From Roseibacillus sp. (GTDB taxonomy: Bacteria; Verrucomicrobiota; Verrucomicrobiia; Verrucomicrobiales; Akkermansiaceae), in the NCBI GenBank assembly GCA_965242925.1, contig CBDEUM010000030.1, positions 96,001 to 160,000 of the forward strand: a stretch of DNA of 64,000 bases, given 5' to 3'. This document shows positions 60,970-64,000 of this stretch, one piece after another. A model generated the notes under the pieces. The model was not told the origin of the DNA. It saw only the letters and a program-made list of their open reading frames with translations, and made no database searches. How positions within the stretch are numbered: position 1 is the first letter of the stretch; the number at the start of each line of letters is the position of its first letter. A program made the position numbers and the translations under genes.

Positions 60970-61662
60970 CTAGCGGCGGCGGCGGAGCAAGGCGAGTCCG
61001 CCCAAGGCCAAGAGGGCCATGGCAGATGGCTCGGGAATTGCACCGATCGCCATTTCATCAACGCTGACCTGGTTCAAGCGAGTCCAACCCCAACCACCAT
61101 CGTCGGTGGTGAAGAAATCCAACTGGTAGCTGGCGCCGACATCGATGCCGTTGGCGACCAGAGCAGACAAGGGGTATGAACCGATCTGAAGTCCGCCACC
61201 GTTCTCCCAATCGTAATCGACATGATCATAGGCCCCGGTGGTCAGGTTACGGAACCCGAGGCCTTTCTGGCCGGCGTTGTTCGTGTTGCCGCCGTTATAA
61301 CCGGTCACAGCAGCCAGGTTCGCAGGGTCGGCGGAGCCTTGCTGGTTTCCCTGTCCCCCTTCCCAGCTAATATTGACCACAAAGTCGCTCGCATGCACAC
61401 TGCCGAAATTGATGGTCGGGGAGGTCAGGACCGCAATCGGGTGGCCGGCGTCGTGAGCTCTGTTGCCATTGGCCTGAGCGGGCTCAATGCCGTTGCCCTC
61501 ATTAACGAAATGACCAGCTGTCGTCGTCCATCCTTGGTTGGTGCCATCTCCGTTATTTCCGAAGTTCCAAGTCAGCATTGTCGCACCGTTCGCGGATACA
61601 GACAGAAGAGCAATGGTTCCCGCCGCGAGGGCGATGCCTTTTGTAAGTGGGTTCTTAATCAT
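60970..61662 (-). CDS. PEP-CTERM sorting domain protein (copy 2)
   Basis: Start MIKNPL at 61662 by analogy with copy 1; identical signal peptide and PEP-CTERM tail, diverged core. Confidence 0.95.
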   Translation of the reverse strand: MIKNPLTKGIALAAGTIALLSVSANGATMLTWNFGNNGDGTNQGWTTTAGHFVNEGNGIEPAQANGNRAHDAGHPIAVLTSPTINFGSVHASDFVVNISWEGGQGNQQGSADPANLAAVTGYNGGNTNNAGQKGLGFRNLTTGAYDHVDYDWENGGGLQIGSYPLSALVANGIDVGASYQLDFFTTDDGGWGWTRLNQVSVDEMAIGAIPEPSAMALLALGGLALLRRRR

Positions 61663-61942
61663 TTCTTTTGGTAATGTTGGGTCGGTGCATTCAAGCGGTG
61701 AAGGCCCTTTTTTAAAGCGGGAGGGGTTCCAGACAAGATTTTTCTTACGAGAATTCCAGCCCACCGTCATGCCTTGGATTATGCTGTTCTTTTAAACAGA
61801 GTTCTGCCCCCTCGTTTTGAATGAATTTGCGGTGCATCCCCTACACCGAGAGACTGGAAAACGGCTTCCCACTCCTGATTTATTGGCAGCCGAGGGCGAG
61901 ACCAAGCCATCCACCCGAACAAGGGGAAAGGAACCAGTCCTC

Positions 61943-63352
61943 TCATCGCTTTTCCCGGAACTGAGGATTCGGCTTCATGGCTTCCGCTCCCACCCTGCGC
62001 TTCCACCCTTGCAGGACTTCGTTCAACTCGTTCACCAGCTTCGTCTCCTTCGCCGCCAGGTTCCTTTTCTCCCCGATATCATCTTCCAGGTCATACAACT
62101 CAAATTCTTCGCGTTCAAGGCACTCGATGAGCTTCCACTTTCCTCTCCGCACGATCGACACTGGCGCACTCTGGGGATGCTTGTTGTAGTGCGGGTAGTG
62201 CCAAAACAGCTCCTTGCGCCTGATATTTCCGGAAGCCTTGACAATCGGGGCCAGGCTGACCCCGTCCACGTGCTGGTGCGGGCGGGAGGGCAGTCCCAGC
62301 ATCTCAAGAATGGTCGGATAGAGATCGTTCGTGATCACGGGGGTCTCGCTGACCCTTCCTTCCCCCTTCACCCCTGCGCCCGCCACGATCAAGGGCACCC
62401 TGATCCCTCCCTCGTAGTGTGAACCCTTGTTGGCGCGCAGCGGATCATGCCTCGTGGCACCGGCGAACCCCCCATTGTCGGAGGTGAATATCACGAGGGT
62501 ATTCCCCGCCAGTTTCAGTTCCTCCAACTTCTCCATCACCCGTCCCACGCTCTCATCCACGCTTGCCACCATGGCGGCATAGACCGGACTTCCCTGCCGC
62601 TCATTCTTGGGAACCTTGTTGAAGCGGGAGACCAACTCCTTCCTGGCCTGCAGAGGCGTGTGTACGGCATAGTAGGGAAAGTAGAGAAAGAACGGTCGAT
62701 CCCTGTTCTTCTCGATCAGCGCCAGGGACTCGGTAGTCAGGCGGTCGGTGAGGTATTCCCCCTCCCTGCCATCCGGCAGGGTGATTTTCTGCACCCGTTC
62801 CCCGGTGGTCGGGATCTTCCAGCTCCCCTTGTAGGGATAAAAATAATGCCCGGGCGCCCCGTGTTCACTTCCGCCCACATTCACCTCAAACCCGTGGTGG
62901 GCCGGCAACGAAAAGGGCGGACCTCCCAGATGCCATTTCCCCACATGCAACGTCCGGTAGCCGGCCTCGCGCAGGGCCTCGGCCAGGGTCACCTCCTCCA
63001 GCGGCAGGCTACGCAGGAAACGGCCTTCGCGCATCCGGTGTCCGCTTGCACTCCAACGACCAGCCGGCAGCCACTGGGTCATCAGGTTCCGGGCCGGATA
63101 CTTTCCCGTCATGATGCTGGCCCGCGTGGGCGTACACACCGCGCAGGCCGCGTAGGCGTCGGTGAACCGGATGCCACGGGCCGCGAGTCGGTCGATATTG
63201 GGGGTGCGATAGTAGGTGCTCCCCTGGCATCCCAGGTCCCTCCAGCCGAGATCATCGACCAGAAAGAGGATCACGTTCGCCCTCTCAGCCGCCATTACGG
63301 CCGCTGGCTGCAGAAACAGACAGACGGCAACAAAGAGAACTGCACGCGCCAT
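61943..63352 (-). CDS. Secreted sulfatase (formylglycine-dependent, Cys-type)
   Basis: Signal peptide from ATG 63352; NVILFLVDDLG, CTPTRASIMTG (CxPxR), VGKWHLG, FTSDNGG and YEGGIRVP. Confidence 0.95.
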   Translation of the reverse strand: MARAVLFVAVCLFLQPAAVMAAERANVILFLVDDLGWRDLGCQGSTYYRTPNIDRLAARGIRFTDAYAACAVCTPTRASIMTGKYPARNLMTQWLPAGRWSASGHRMREGRFLRSLPLEEVTLAEALREAGYRTLHVGKWHLGGPPFSLPAHHGFEVNVGGSEHGAPGHYFYPYKGSWKIPTTGERVQKITLPDGREGEYLTDRLTTESLALIEKNRDRPFFLYFPYYAVHTPLQARKELVSRFNKVPKNERQGSPVYAAMVASVDESVGRVMEKLEELKLAGNTLVIFTSDNGGFAGATRHDPLRANKGSHYEGGIRVPLIVAGAGVKGEGRVSETPVITNDLYPTILEMLGLPSRPHQHVDGVSLAPIVKASGNIRRKELFWHYPHYNKHPQSAPVSIVRRGKWKLIECLEREEFELYDLEDDIGEKRNLAAKETKLVNELNEVLQGWKRRVGAEAMKPNPQFREKR

Positions 63353-63411
63353 CACCTCGCAGCCTGCACGGTTCCTGCCCTCTTGCCACTCCAAAGGATC
63401 CAGCTCTCCGC

Positions 63412-64000
63412 CTACCAGTCGCGCAACAGTCTCCAGCAATACCACTGCATCCGGGGGAGGTGAAACGGCCCCTTGAAATGATTGCCTTTGGCCGGGTTGG
63501 AAATCCTTCCGTCGCGGTGCACATAACCGAACCACTCCCCGTGTTCGCGATCGGCAAAGGTCCGGTGAGCATAGTCATGCACCAGACGATGCCACTCAGC
63601 ATAACGATCTTCTCCCGTCATCTGGTAAGCCAGCAGGGTGGCAGTGATGGCCTCGCAGTGCGGCCACCAGAACTTCATGTCGTGCCAGTATTCCTGGACC
63701 GGCTTGCCATGCACATCAACGAAGTAGAACAACCCGCCGTGTTCCTCGTCCCATCCCCGCTTCCACATGTAGTCAAGCATCCGGCACCCGAGCGCTGTGA
63801 GCTCCGCGTCTCCTCCCCGCCGCTTTGCCTCGTGCAGGATGAACCAGGCCGCCTCGATCGCGTGCCCGGGATTGAGGGTCCGCCCGTCCACATGATCGCT
63901 CAATGAACCATCCGGCCCGACCTGCTCGAAAACGCACTCGAGATCATCATTCACGAAGAGACGGATCTCCCCGATGAACTCGTCGATCACTTTCTCGGCC
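63412..64000 (-). CDS. AGE family epimerase (N-acylglucosamine 2-epimerase-like), 5' end outside the window
   Basis: NPGHAIEAAWF, GWDEEHGGLFYF, MKFWWPHCE, GEWFGY and KGPFHLPR. Confidence 0.93.
   Translation of the reverse strand, partial: AEKVIDEFIGEIRLFVNDDLECVFEQVGPDGSLSDHVDGRTLNPGHAIEAAWFILHEAKRRGGDAELTALGCRMLDYMWKRGWDEEHGGLFYFVDVHGKPVQEYWHDMKFWWPHCEAITATLLAYQMTGEDRYAEWHRLVHDYAHRTFADREHGEWFGYVHRDGRISNPAKGNHFKGPFHLPRMQWYCWRLLRDW

Larger units (their letters stand above)
59314..62078. repeat. Tandem direct duplication of about 1.38 kb (59314-60690 and 60687-62078)
   Basis: gatagctctcgggacgaaaaatgcg starts at 59314 and 60687; ttccttttctccccgata ends at 60690 and 62078. Confidence 0.95.

Noticed and set aside
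50695..61570. Diversity-generating retroelement explaining the variant domain copies
   Set aside because: There is no reverse transcriptase in the window, the differences checked are not adenine-specific, and all copies are coding.

Overview
This is a high-GC bacterial chromosome segment that looks verrucomicrobial (PVC group). That placement is an inference from gene content: PEP-CTERM genes, a CotH/lamin-tail giant protein, a CehA/McbA hydrolase, a sulfatase and an ASPIC/UnbV protein. Left to right it holds a >2140-aa secreted Ig-repeat/lamin-tail/CotH protein that runs off the left edge and is missing from the ORF track; housekeeping genes (M48 protease, amidase, mfd, SurA-like PPIase, coaD, cstA, UvrD/PcrA, AgcS symporter, M28 peptidase, clpB); a type II secretion gspG-to-gspD operon; a surface-glycan modification cluster; and an accessory surface-protein region. 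Best finding: the membrane-anchored FG-GAP/ASPIC-UnbV/TlpA/TPR gene (59288->55498) is interrupted by an in-frame UGA at 57375-57373. Exactly 11 nt later comes a 17-nt hairpin containing GCAGGUC, the spacing and loop sequence of the E. coli fdhF SECIS, so this is a candidate selenoprotein. Second: one ~175-aa domain occurs six times, four times in a large secreted protein and twice in tandemly duplicated PEP-CTERM genes on the opposite strand, with patchwork identity suggesting gene conversion. Four genes carry small indel frameshifts that probably reflect consensus errors. No rRNA, tRNA, CRISPR array or transposase was recognised.
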